The notes under the pieces: generated by a model
Told to the model about the DNA's origin: nothing
The model's input: only the letters and a program-made list of their open reading frames with translations
Databases searched by the model: none
Made by a program: the position numbers and the translations under genes
Origin: Oopsacas minuta
Taxonomy: Eukaryota > Animalia > Porifera
Length of the DNA stretch: 64,000 nt
Direction: 5' to 3'
NCBI GenBank assembly: GCA_024704765.1
Contig: JAKMXF010000144.1
Span: 620,001 to 684,000 of the forward strand
Part shown: piece by piece, positions 53,705 through 64,000 of the stretch
How positions within the stretch are numbered: the first letter of the stretch is position 1
Layout: the number at the start of each line of letters is the position of its first letter

Positions 53705-56700
53705 ATGCAAATGGAGACTAAACCATCTGAAGAGTTAGACCCGTCTCCTCCCTCACTGGAGATTGAATCATTCTCGAAAAATGGATTCCAGAACCTTGTC
53801 CTCTTGACTCGTCTCTCCCACGGCCTACCGCACAAAACAACAGACTATGACTACTACTCATCTTTTCCAGGTTTCCAGTTCTTTACTGCTAAAATGCGAG
53901 AGCGTAGTTTTTCTCTAATACAGAAGCTATCCACTGGTATCAGTCCACTTCTCCCGCGATTAGCTAGCAACGAGCATAACCCCCTCCCTGAGATCGAAGA
54001 ATTATTTGATAAGTTAGTGGAGACAAATGACAGTGGATTGGAACAAGTTGGGCATCTCATTGATATACTAAATGGTGTCATACCTCCCCCAGCTCTTATA
54101 CCCTCCCCTCTTACAGCTATAGAGACAGATTCAATCTCCCACGCACCCTCTACCTCATCTGTCTCCACATCAACAGTTCCCTACTCCTCCAGCCTTCAGT
54201 TACCCACATGGAACAGGCTACAAAGAGGTCAGGGTCCTACTAATCACTGGGTACGTGGTCAGTTGTTAAGATCTAATCAGATACCAAAACCACAAATAAC
54301 ACGACTTGGATTAGATAACTCTGATACTCCATTTATCCCCGCGTTAAGAGGAGGTGTTAAGCCTAATGCTGTAGACCCTGTTAGAAGTGTTATTGATCAT
54401 TCGTCTCTAGATGACCTGCTTTCTAGGATGAGAGCACAGGATTCAGCTAGGTTACATCCTTACTACGATGAGTTACAAGATGTTAATTATTCTCAAACTG
54501 TATTTCATAACAGGTCAGTTTTTCAGAAATTTATTCACTAAATAATTAATTATTTATCATTAGCGTGTTTCTTAACTTTACTGACACGAGGCAGCTGTTT
54601 TGTTGCCTTGGAAAATTGACATTAATCAGCGATTGTATAAATTGACATCCATGGTATTTTAAGAACACCAATATACTGACATCTAGCTCTTCTATACTTA
54701 TAACTGTGTTATAGCGAACCAGATGATCCTGGTCCTCTGGACAATCACACCTACGAGTTCATCACTACAGAAGATAGGATAGACGTGTTGGTACAGAAAC
54801 TGAATGAAGTGACAGAAATCGCGATTGACTTAGAACATCACGACTATCGATCTTATTTAGGGTTTACTTGTCTTGTACAGATCTCAATCAAAGGACATGA
54901 TTACGTCATTGATCCTCTATGTGTGGGACACTGTTTACACAAGCTATTGGACCCCTTCACTAATCCTCAAATCATAAAGGTCAAATACATTGATAACATT
55001 CTGTTTAGAAACAGATAGAAATACAATTGTTTAATGCATGTACGTATAGCTTTTACTGCCTTTCAACGCTCTACAGGTATTACACGGAGCAGATCATGAT
55101 GTACAATGGCTACAAAGGGATTTTGGTCTCTATCTAGTTGGAATGTTTGACACTCATCAATCCTCTATCGTTTTGGGATTACCGAAAAAGTCGCTCGCTT
55201 TTCTACTCAATTATTGTTGTAATGTTACTGCGAGCAAAAAGTTCCAAATTGCAGATTGGCGTTTGAGACCCCTCCCCCCTCAGATGGAGAGATACGCTAG
55301 AGAGGACACTCACTACTTACTCTACATCTATCATAGAATGAGAAATGAACTAATTAGGAGAAGTACCAAGGATTTATGCTTACTTACTGAAGTAAGTAAT
55401 AGATTTACAGTAGATTATTGTTATGGATATTCAACTCCCTTTATATCGATATATAGAAGTCTGATATTTTATAAATATGGTCCCAAACTGTCAAACTTAA
55501 ATTTCATTTGTTTATCGAACTCCGCTTATATCAAAGTATTAATCGCGGTCCCTTGAGCTTCGATATACCCAGAATTGACTGTATAATTCTCTCTATCTAT
55601 TTGTAGGTACTTGACAAGAGTAGAATGATTTGTTTAAAAGTATATACAAAACCGATATTCGACCCACAAGGTTATCTGAGACTGCTTTCTAAGAACGCTC
55701 GTTCAATAAACCCCTTCCAGAGAGAGATAGCTAAGAGATTGTACGCCTGGCGTAACCTCACTGCTCGTGAGAAAGATGAGAGTTTTGAGTACGTCTTACC
55801 CAGTAGCATGCTGTTCCAGATATCTGATAAAATTCCAACTGGTAAACAGGGTATTCTAGCATGTTGTGATCCAATACCTCCTCTAATGAGCAGCTCTCTA
55901 GATGAATTAGTTATGATTCTGCAGGAAGCTAAAACCTATTGCACTCAGAATCCTAATTTTGAAATGCTTCCTGTCAAAAGGAGAAAGAGTGAGAGATTAA
56001 ATTCCACACCAATTAGCTCACTGGTAAATACAAGCTGTCCAGATGTATTGGAGGTAACTGTAGATCAAAATAATGATCCTAACCATTTTACTCCAGCTAA
56101 GGATTATATGACAATTCCAGAAGGAAAAGCTTCTCTCTCAATTTTAGCAGAATGTCCTTCTCAAGGGGAGGAAGATGTAAAAGCATTAATTAATAAAGTG
56201 CTGGCTAGTTTTACAGATCCTTTTGATTTGTTCCTAATGCGACCAGCTGATTCAACTGAACCTACTGCTAAACATGATCTTCAAGGGGCTATATCGCTAC
56301 CCTTAGAAGATGGTATTCTAGAACAAGATATTATATATCTAGCTCCAGATAAGGACAAACCTAAGGCGTATAACCCTCTTGTATTTACAACTATTAAACC
56401 AGACAAATCTGACGTCACAGAACCTATTGAAGTTATTAATAACAGTAATGAGTTAGTTTTGGATGAGGTTACAGTACCAAAAGATTTTATAGTAATCGGA
56501 GATATGATGAGAAAGGAAATGAAGAACCAACCAACTCAGAATGGGGAATATAAAAAATCTAAAAGAGGAAGGAAAAGGAAGCATTTTAGAGAACCTGGTC
56601 AAACCATACAGACCCAAATTAGGCCATTTAAATCGTTCAACTATTCCGCTATGCCTCCTCCTCCCGTTATTCATCCCATGCCTCCCCCTAAACGTATGCG

Positions 56701-56890
56701 ATTTCAAAACCCTTTTCCTCGACACCCCATGCCTCCTGTACCCCCTCCGTTCATTGTCCCTGGTTCTCGGAATATGTATCCGCCTCCAATAAGGCCTTTT
56801 AGGCTTTATGATAGAGGGTTTAGTGTTTTCAATAGGTACCCACCTCCTCAGCACTTTGTGAGGCACCAAGGAGTCCCTTGGCCCAGTTGA
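53705..56890 (+). CDS. EXOSC10: Exosome component 10 (Rrp6), full length, 890 aa
   Basis: Exons 53705-54513, 54715-54979, 55077-55391, 55607-56890. PMC2NT (DYDYYSSFPGF), DLEHH, HGADHDVQWLQRDF, YAREDTHYL, HRDC (LYAWRNLTAREKDES), basic NLS KKSKRGRKRK. Confidence 0.95.
55428..55583. mobile_element. MITE family A copy in EXOSC10 intron 3
   Basis: TATTCAACTCC...TTCGATATACCCAGAATTGACTG-TA; absent from the paralogous intron 52628-52681. Confidence 0.8.
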
Positions 56891-57895
56891 ATCCCTGACC
56901 AGCTTCTCCACCTGTCCAGGTAAGTTGTATTTAACTTAGCACTAACTTCATACGTACTTTTACTTTAAATAATTATTTTGTGTTCCCCATATTTATAGCG
57001 GTATTCGTAAATAGTAATCCATTTGATTCTCAAGTTAACTGTTCTGTGCGTATTTTCACAATATTGCATTCATAATTTATGATTTTCTACATACAAACAT
57101 ACAAACATACATACTACATCAAATTTTATGCTGGACTATAATATGATTTGTTGTTTTGTTTGTATTGTTATTTAATTACGTACTTTTGAATACCTTACTT
57201 TGGAATTTATATATCATATTTGTTGTAGAAGCATTTTAGGGGAAATCAAAATGTTTGTATACTTATTATGTATTAACGTAGTTTCTGGCGTTCTTTCTTG
57301 ATTTATGCATTTTTGATTCGTTTGTGTTCTAAGTTTTGAATTTATGTTTGCATTTTCACGGATTTATAATTCTAAGAATTGTTTTCATTGAATTCTCTTA
57401 TAAAAACACCTAATTTTCGTAATGAATTTTATTATTGAATATTTATTATTAATAATAATTTCTCGTATTTTGCCTGATTTGCAATGTGAATAATATAAGA
57501 ATTGAATTTTTATCAAATTTTGTATAAATATATTAAATGGTTCTACAGAATTAACAAATATATTTTTCGGAAGGGTTCCGTTAACAACTTATTCATGTAT
57601 CTACAATATTCTACGATATTAATTGACTATTTCAAAACTATCACTTATACATTTGTCCCTTTACGCAATATATAATTGTAGTCCAAATATACACGCATTC
57701 TTGTTATATTTTATGAATAGAATAGAAGAATTAGAATATCTAGCAATTAGTTTATTAATATTTATATTTATGTAACATTATAATTACTCTATGAAATTAC
57801 GTAATATATTTGATTGATGCAGAATCCTTGCTATTTATCTTTCCTCGTAATCTTACTTGTAATTCTGTCTTTTGGTGTTCTCAGAACTCCCTTTA

Positions 57896-57930
57896 CTCTC
57901 TCTTTCTGTCTCTCTTTCTGTCTCTCTCTC
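57896..57930. repeat. CT-rich microsatellite
   Basis: CTCTCTCTTTCTGTCTCTCTTTCTGTCTCTCTCTC. Confidence 0.7.
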
Positions 57931-59100
57931 AATTTTAAGATGAATTTGATTTGTGAGCCATCTGTCACGTCATAGCTAAAAAATAGACATATACCACGCA
58001 AATACCAAGGAATTCGAGTTATATTGGTAGTTGTATATTACCTTTGTACTTCTCTGTTGTCATCCGATAAGACTGTCTGCATATGTGCTAGTGAATATTT
58101 CTTCCAGACATATTTCCTAGAATTATAGATTCTGTTAAATATAGCCTAATGGGTTACTATAGAATTGATCCAGCTTAATTGTCCAGCTAAGTTGACCTGC
58201 AAATTCATTATCTAAAACATTGTATTATCTCAATGAACCATTCCTTAAAGTTTGCCAAACTAAGCAGAGTATAACTGTTCGTATAAATGGCTTAGAAGAG
58301 ACCTTACATTCTTCGACGTCTTGATGGGACATGTCTTGCCTGAGATCAACAATTAATATGCTATCACCTCACTATGCTGTTTTTATTGATAGCTTTAAAT
58401 GAAGAAAGATAATCTTAAGGTTGTCTCGGTGATTTCTAAATTCTATAGATTTGTTTGCTGGTTCGTGTAACATAAATATTTGGAGAAGGACTGTGCACTG
58501 AAATACATTTTGACGCCAGAGGGATGGAACCTTCATTTAGGGATATGAAAAGTAAATAAATGGGAATATTGCATATATTATTTGGTAGATAACATCCTCC
58601 TCTGTATTTTGAGATGACATAATTCACGAATCATAGCGTGAATTTGATCCGCTTCCATTCAGAATATATACGAATATGAATACGAATACGTATATTTTAT
58701 GGAAACTTAATTGAATACTTAAACCATCAAATACTCGGTAGTAGCAGCATATCAATACTTCATATCCATATGTTAATTCATTCAAAATATCATCTCATCT
58801 TCGGTCACTCTGGCTTCTCGAATTCTCTGTACTATAATTCAAAGAAACTACTGTAACTTTTATACTAAAGCACATTGAATAATTCACTTTGTTATGGACA
58901 GATTTAACTTTGTACCAATGAATGCAACCCTAATGGAATCTGATAAATTTCTTGTCGTTATTGGAATCAGTGAAAGACATTTACTGAGGCTATTGAAACC
59001 TTTTCAATTCAACATTGTTTGCACGGATTCCTCTCTACTATAAGTGCTTGCTTTCAAGCAATCTTTTATTCTAATTCTTAAATCTTGTACTGTCTTCAAA

Positions 59101-59391
59101 ATGTCTTTGGAAGTGAAACATACTTGCATACGTTTGGTGAAGTCTAAAAATCGTTGGGTAGATTATGACATAGAAGATAAAGAAGGGAAATTTTGTCACC
59201 GACAAAATATTATCATGAATCCGGAGAAGAAAAGCTCATTTAAGTTCAAATTTAGAAAACTTTTTCTGGCGAAACTGAAGATTAAAAAGTCAAAGAAACA
59301 GAAGATTGCAGAAGTTGAAAATCGCTTAGAGATTTCAAACCCGGAAGACTTTAGACATATTGTCCATTGGCCTATCTATGTGACAATTTAA
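59101..59391 (+). CDS. Small (96 aa) basic protein with a C-terminal CRIB (Cdc42/Rac-binding) motif
   Basis: ISNPEDFRHIVH fits the CRIB consensus ISxPxxFxHxxH and follows a polybasic stretch KLKIKKSKKQK. The canonical VG after the last His is missing. Confidence 0.55.
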   Translation: MSLEVKHTCIRLVKSKNRWVDYDIEDKEGKFCHRQNIIMNPEKKSSFKFKFRKLFLAKLKIKKSKKQKIAEVENRLEISNPEDFRHIVHWPIYVTI

Positions 59392-61077
59392 CATCACAGG
59401 TCTCTCTCCTCTCTTGTGAAATTCCATCTAGTTTTAGTAATAACTATCTGTTGATTATAACGGTGTTACCAATATGATACGGAATTACTTTCTTCCTTAT
59501 ACATTTTGCTATTTGCGCTCAGTTATACAATTCAATTGATCATCTCGGCCAGTGTATAGTACTATTGTGATTATTTCATTTACAAACTACTATTCTGTAT
59601 TATTATTTAATGAACAAATAAATCAATGATCACCATTTATTTTCCTAAAAAATCTTTATTCAGGAATTCTTGATAAAAATAATATTTTCATAAACTTTTT
59701 AGCCAAATTTGTCATTATTTATTTTCAGTTTTGATGATAGTTTTCCGATATGAAAAAATATTGATAAATTTATGATTGAGATATATCCCATCCATTCAAT
59801 ACTTGTGTGATTGATTCTGTCTCTCTGTTCTAGTTCCGTGACAGGAATTTGATATGATCGTCTCAAAGGATTCAATTTCTTTCCTGTTTAGAGAAATCTT
59901 CTATTTATGTTTAAACTATTTGATCAGACTTTCATAAATTGAAATAAGAGATTGATACATAATTCGAATCTTGTAGATTTTGAATACATAAATATTAATG
60001 AATTGATAATTTGGTAAATTGAATTTAGTAAATTCTCATATACGAGTATGTGTAATGCATTTTTCGATTGTATTTCACATTTCCGCTACACCATTCGCTA
60101 CACTGTATACTCTTAAATTACTACAGGATGCGAAGGTATGTTGACTTGGTGCATTTGAATATTCTTGATCTTTTGGATGTTCGTATTATTCGTTTCGTCA
60201 ATGTTAATGTTCAGATCTTGTACCTTTCAATCATATCTCTCCGTCAAAATGAACAATGTACCATCGATGATAGGAACTACCTGTTTATTTTGGATAAGGT
60301 AGTAGGATGAAACGAATTCTAGCTCAATTATAGACTATATCAGCTAATTTTGTCGCTATATAATATGATACAACATTCTATGTATTAAGTTCAATTATAC
60401 ACACGTTGATAATGAAATGTCTGAGGAATTAGGAATTTGAATACTCTACATTATAGTATTGTAGTCTGCCTGAACTTGGATATTTTCCAATCATTTGATA
60501 ATTATCAGTATGTTAAAACTACTTTAGTCTGCTCGAAATCCGTATTATAATTTTGTGAAACTACTTTTGAATTCCCTCTTCCCGATTGTCCCTATTTTAT
60601 AGATTATATTATTCATGACAGATGTATAATACACTTACATTCTTTAGGAGAGCTGCAACTGGGTTGTCTTGTGCTGAGTTGGTGAGTTGTGTTCTAATTA
60701 ATATATTCATTACAACCGCGTTCCCTTTCGCATAAGAAACTCGTTAAAAACTATTAAATTTTCGCCAATGTGGGAACTACCATATTCTTTAATCTCTCTA
60801 CATGAGTATTTAATAAATTCCTCTTTATTCAAAATTTAATAATTTGACTGCTATGAAAAGAACGATTTTTACTATTTATTGTCACTGGCTAGTTTACACC
60901 TTTTAATTATATTCTATATAATATTTACATTACGTTAATAAATATCTTGTGGTTTGAAAATATTAATATTTTTGGCCGATACAAGCAAATATTTGTATTT
61001 ATTCTTAATATCAATGACCAAATAAGGTAAGGCTGATACTGCTATTTGTTATTGAAGTGTAATTCAAGTGAATCGAG

Positions 61078-62799
61078 ATGGAGCAAAATGAAAATTTCGC
61101 AGACGCAGTACGTCGAGCGAGAGAAATCGCAGCTAAGATGAATAACCCTAACGGAAGTGAGAAAGATATGGGTGGTAATATGTCTCGCAAGCGCGGGTTT
61201 AATGACGAAGTAGACCTCCCAGAGAGCAAGCGAGCACTGAGTGCTGATCCAGATGATCTTGGTAAAGGAATGAATCGAGTCGCATGGGCTAGAGATGGTA
61301 CCATCAAATACGAGACTGATATCCCCAGTCGTTATGTGGGCCTAGTGATTGGAAAGGGAGGAGAAACTATCACCAAACTTCAACAGGAGTCACAAGCTGT
61401 TATCCAAGTAGCACCTGATCCACCTGATGGTCTCACCCAGCCCCAGAGACACGTGACCATCTCAGGACGTGAAGAGAATGTAGAAATTGCTAAACGGCTG
61501 ATTAACAAGATAATTGATGATGCCAATATAGTATCTGACCCCCCTTTAGGTATGGGGAGTGGACAGAAAATGGAAACACAAGAAATGATGATACCAGCTG
61601 GTAAGGTGGGGCTAGTAATAGGCAAGGGAGGAGAGATGATAAAAAGTCTCCAGGAGCAAGCCAGCTGTAAAATGCAAATGATTCAGGACGGAGGGTATCA
61701 AGGTGCTCCAGAAAAACCCCTCCGTCTGCAAGGAAATCATTACAATATCGAGAAAGGAAAGCAACTTGTGAGAGAGCTCCTGGACCAAAAAGACGCAGAG
61801 GCAAGAGGTCTGACAGGAGACTTCAGTGGTCCCACTCAAACTCTGGAGATACAAGTACCTAGAGATTTGGTGGGCGTAATAATAGGAAGACAAGGAGAGA
61901 CCATCAGGCAGATACAAACCCAATCAGGAGCTCGTCTACAATTTCAAAACGATTCTAATGCTACGTCACATCGTATAGCTACACTCACCGGACCTCCAGA
62001 CGCGGTGCAGAAGGGACAACTGATGGTATCTGACGTCATGAATGAGGTGATACAGAAACAGGGGAAGGGTGGGCCAACTCCAAACCCACAAGGTCCAGGT
62101 GTTATGACCGTATCTGTAGCTGTACCAGCTGGTAAGTGTGGATTGGTTATCGGTAAGGGTGGTGAAAAAATCCGCGAATTACAGAGGCAATCAGGTGCAC
62201 ACATTGAAATAAATAAAGCAACACAGAACAACCCTCATGAACGGTTATTCAACATCCGTGGTACTCAAGCTCAAATAAACCACTCTCAAGTGTTAATCCG
62301 TCAAGTTGTAGAGAATAGTACTGGCGCTCAAACTACACAGTCCTACGCTCCAGTAACCTACCCTGCTAACCCTGCTCAATCAGCTGTGTATCCGTACCAG
62401 TTACAAGGAGCTGGAGCAGCTGCTAACCCGTGGGCAGCATTCAATTTTTCCTATCCAGGTCAGCAAGCTGCAGCTCCTACACCAACAAGTACTGCTAATA
62501 CTGCTGCAAATGCTGCTATGTCCCAGCAGATGAAAGAACAGCAATTATTATGGACTGCATACTACCAGCAGTACTACGCAGCAATGGCAGCAGCTCAACA
62601 ACAGGGTGGTACACCTGGACAAGCAGGTGTACCACAGCCCGGTGCCACCCCTGCACAACAAGCCCAATCCGGTGCTCAACCAGGTGCAACAGCTGGAATA
62701 CCACAAGACTTGCAAACTCAATGGGCAGATTACTTTAGACAACTCGGTTACCAATACCCTGTCCCTGGTCAACCCCAGCCTAAGGAGGGTAAGAATTAG
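61078..62799 (+). CDS. FUBP: Far upstream element-binding protein / KHSRP family (4 KH domains)
   Basis: Four GxxG KH loops (GLVIGKGGETI, GLVIGKGGEMI, GVIIGRQGETI, GLVIGKGGEKI) and Tyr-rich C-terminal repeats WTAYYQQ and WADYFRQ. A G|GTAAGA donor at 62789 may splice to a short last exon near 62922. Confidence 0.92.
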   Translation: MEQNENFADAVRRAREIAAKMNNPNGSEKDMGGNMSRKRGFNDEVDLPESKRALSADPDDLGKGMNRVAWARDGTIKYETDIPSRYVGLVIGKGGETITKLQQESQAVIQVAPDPPDGLTQPQRHVTISGREENVEIAKRLINKIIDDANIVSDPPLGMGSGQKMETQEMMIPAGKVGLVIGKGGEMIKSLQEQASCKMQMIQDGGYQGAPEKPLRLQGNHYNIEKGKQLVRELLDQKDAEARGLTGDFSGPTQTLEIQVPRDLVGVIIGRQGETIRQIQTQSGARLQFQNDSNATSHRIATLTGPPDAVQKGQLMVSDVMNEVIQKQGKGGPTPNPQGPGVMTVSVAVPAGKCGLVIGKGGEKIRELQRQSGAHIEINKATQNNPHERLFNIRGTQAQINHSQVLIRQVVENSTGAQTTQSYAPVTYPANPAQSAVYPYQLQGAGAAANPWAAFNFSYPGQQAAAPTPTSTANTAANAAMSQQMKEQQLLWTAYYQQYYAAMAAAQQQGGTPGQAGVPQPGATPAQQAQSGAQPGATAGIPQDLQTQWADYFRQLGYQYPVPGQPQPKEGKN

Positions 62800-62981
62800 C
62801 TGACTAGTCTGTAGTTGTTACATCAGTCAGTGTAATGTGTAGTCCAGAATACTCTAGCTCACTAAGGATTACCCCCTTTGATATCTTAAGACAAGTAATA
62901 GTCTAATATCTGTTCTGTTAGGATTCCTATGCTATTAATATTATAATGTTAAAGCAATGATTTTCTGTTAACAATTTTAAC

Positions 62982-63138
62982 TTGATCAACTCCCGGTATA
63001 TCGAACACCCTGAATTGTACAAATATGGTCTCAAAAGGTAAAAGTAACATATATATTATAGCTGTTATACCGAAATCCGCTTATATCTGAGTAATCATTG
63101 CGTTCCCTTAAGCTTCGATATAACAGGAGTTGAATGTA
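62982..63138. mobile_element. MITE family A copy between FUBP and ATG13
   Basis: TCAACTCCCGGTATATCGAA...TTCGATATAACAGGAGTTGAATG-TA. Confidence 0.8.
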
Positions 63139-63206
63139 ATTGACAATCATATTTAACAAAGGGGGGTGGTTACTATTCTACTACTAATATTAATGATATT
63201 TTAGTT

Positions 63207-64000
63207 ATGTCAAAGCTCTCTAGAGCAGATTTTGACAAATTCTTAAAGAATTTCTGCTTCAAATGTTTTGAATTATTCCTACAATCTCGAGACGGTAACA
63301 AACAGCACACTCACTCAGCAGCTAACCCTCATATCCCATCCTGGTTTAACCTAGCTGTTGAGGGAGTAGAATCAATTAAAGATGAGATTAAATCATTCCC
63401 TAATCTCGTACCTACCTCAGATAAAGCAATTGGCTTAGAAGTATACGCTGATATGGATGATCAGAGATTGTCAATAGAAATATGGAGTATACACTTTCTA
63501 ACGGATATTATAGACTCGTCAGCAACAAATGTATACAATCATATTTCTATTCTCCTTAGATCTGTTCTCACCGCTACGCGTACTACTCCTTCGTATTCCC
63601 TCGCTAGGCAAGGCGACCAAACTAAAATCAGACACGCCTTCATAAAAGGAGACCCTGATTATTCAAGCCTGGGTCGTGATATGGTAGAGAAAGAGGTAGC
63701 ATTCACTTGTACCCCTTATGGCAAAATCCTAGTAAAGCTAGCTTACCGTACTTCCTTAATATTAACACAAGATATCTCTACACTCGATAGTTTCATTCAA
63801 AATGGATTGACAACTTTGCCAGAACGACCTTTCGACTCTGAGAATGAGGATAACATTAAGGGTGTATTTGGATACGAAGACACACCTCTACAACGATCTC
63901 TTAGTTTACAGCTACAAGGACCGTTCGCTGCTCTTGGAGAGCTACAACCTATGACATTAAATATACCTGATATTCCATTGGAAGAATCTATACTATCTAT
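63207..64000 (+). CDS. ATG13: Autophagy-related protein 13 (HORMA domain), 3'-partial; not in the supplied ORF track
   Basis: ATG at 63207, frame open to the window end: DFDKFLKNFCFKCFELFLQSR, WFNLA, EIW, YNHISILLRSVLTATRTTPSYSLARQG match the ATG13 HORMA pattern. Confidence 0.9.
   Translation, partial: MSKLSRADFDKFLKNFCFKCFELFLQSRDGNKQHTHSAANPHIPSWFNLAVEGVESIKDEIKSFPNLVPTSDKAIGLEVYADMDDQRLSIEIWSIHFLTDIIDSSATNVYNHISILLRSVLTATRTTPSYSLARQGDQTKIRHAFIKGDPDYSSLGRDMVEKEVAFTCTPYGKILVKLAYRTSLILTQDISTLDSFIQNGLTTLPERPFDSENEDNIKGVFGYEDTPLQRSLSLQLQGPFAALGELQPMTLNIPDIPLEESILS

Noticed and set aside
56911-56926. Strong CAG|GTAAGT donor 30 nt after the EXOSC10 stop
   Set aside because: Probably a 3' UTR intron; no downstream exon is identifiable and it is too close to the stop for an NMD argument.
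57000-61000. Short ORFs at 58436-58627 and 60068-60310, and a hidden gene in the AT-rich gap
   Set aside because: Low-complexity AT-rich translations with no motifs; only the CRIB ORF stands out.
1-64000. CRISPR arrays, rRNA genes, autonomous transposases or retroelements
   Set aside because: No regularly spaced short direct repeats, rRNA-like sequence, or DDE/RT ORFs were seen.

Overview
AT-rich, compact eukaryotic (animal) genomic DNA with short GT-AG introns. The style suggests an early-branching metazoan such as a sponge; this is inference from composition and gene architecture only. Top-level genes, all on +: 3' part of SMC4, RPN2, class I PI3K p110, LNX (RING+4 PDZ), an ~3,470-aa secreted FN3-like repeat protein (18 exons, 17926-50010), ISCU, two EXOSC10/Rrp6 paralogues, a small CRIB ORF, FUBP/KHSRP and the 5' part of ATG13. 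Nesting is extensive. SMC4 introns hold tRNA-Val(UAC), an inverted pair of LRR-EGF receptor genes and a small antisense coiled-coil ORF. The giant gene's introns hold eight genes: a 14-kb antisense array of five intronless septin/AIG1-like GTPases with SAM and Cys/His modules, plus HDDC3, PIGP (inside the HDDC3 intron) and UBOX5. Several MITE families occupy introns. Best candidates for undescribed biology: (1) the recombining SAM-GTPase-Cys/His array with a hypervariable module; (2) a truncated Rrp6 paralogue with intact DEDD-Y residues and a mitochondrial-presequence-like N-terminus; (3) multi-level gene nesting; (4) the inverted LRR-EGF pair with a shared ectodomain and different tails. Exon boundaries were derived by hand from splice signals and frame continuity; family assignments are from motif recognition, not database searches.
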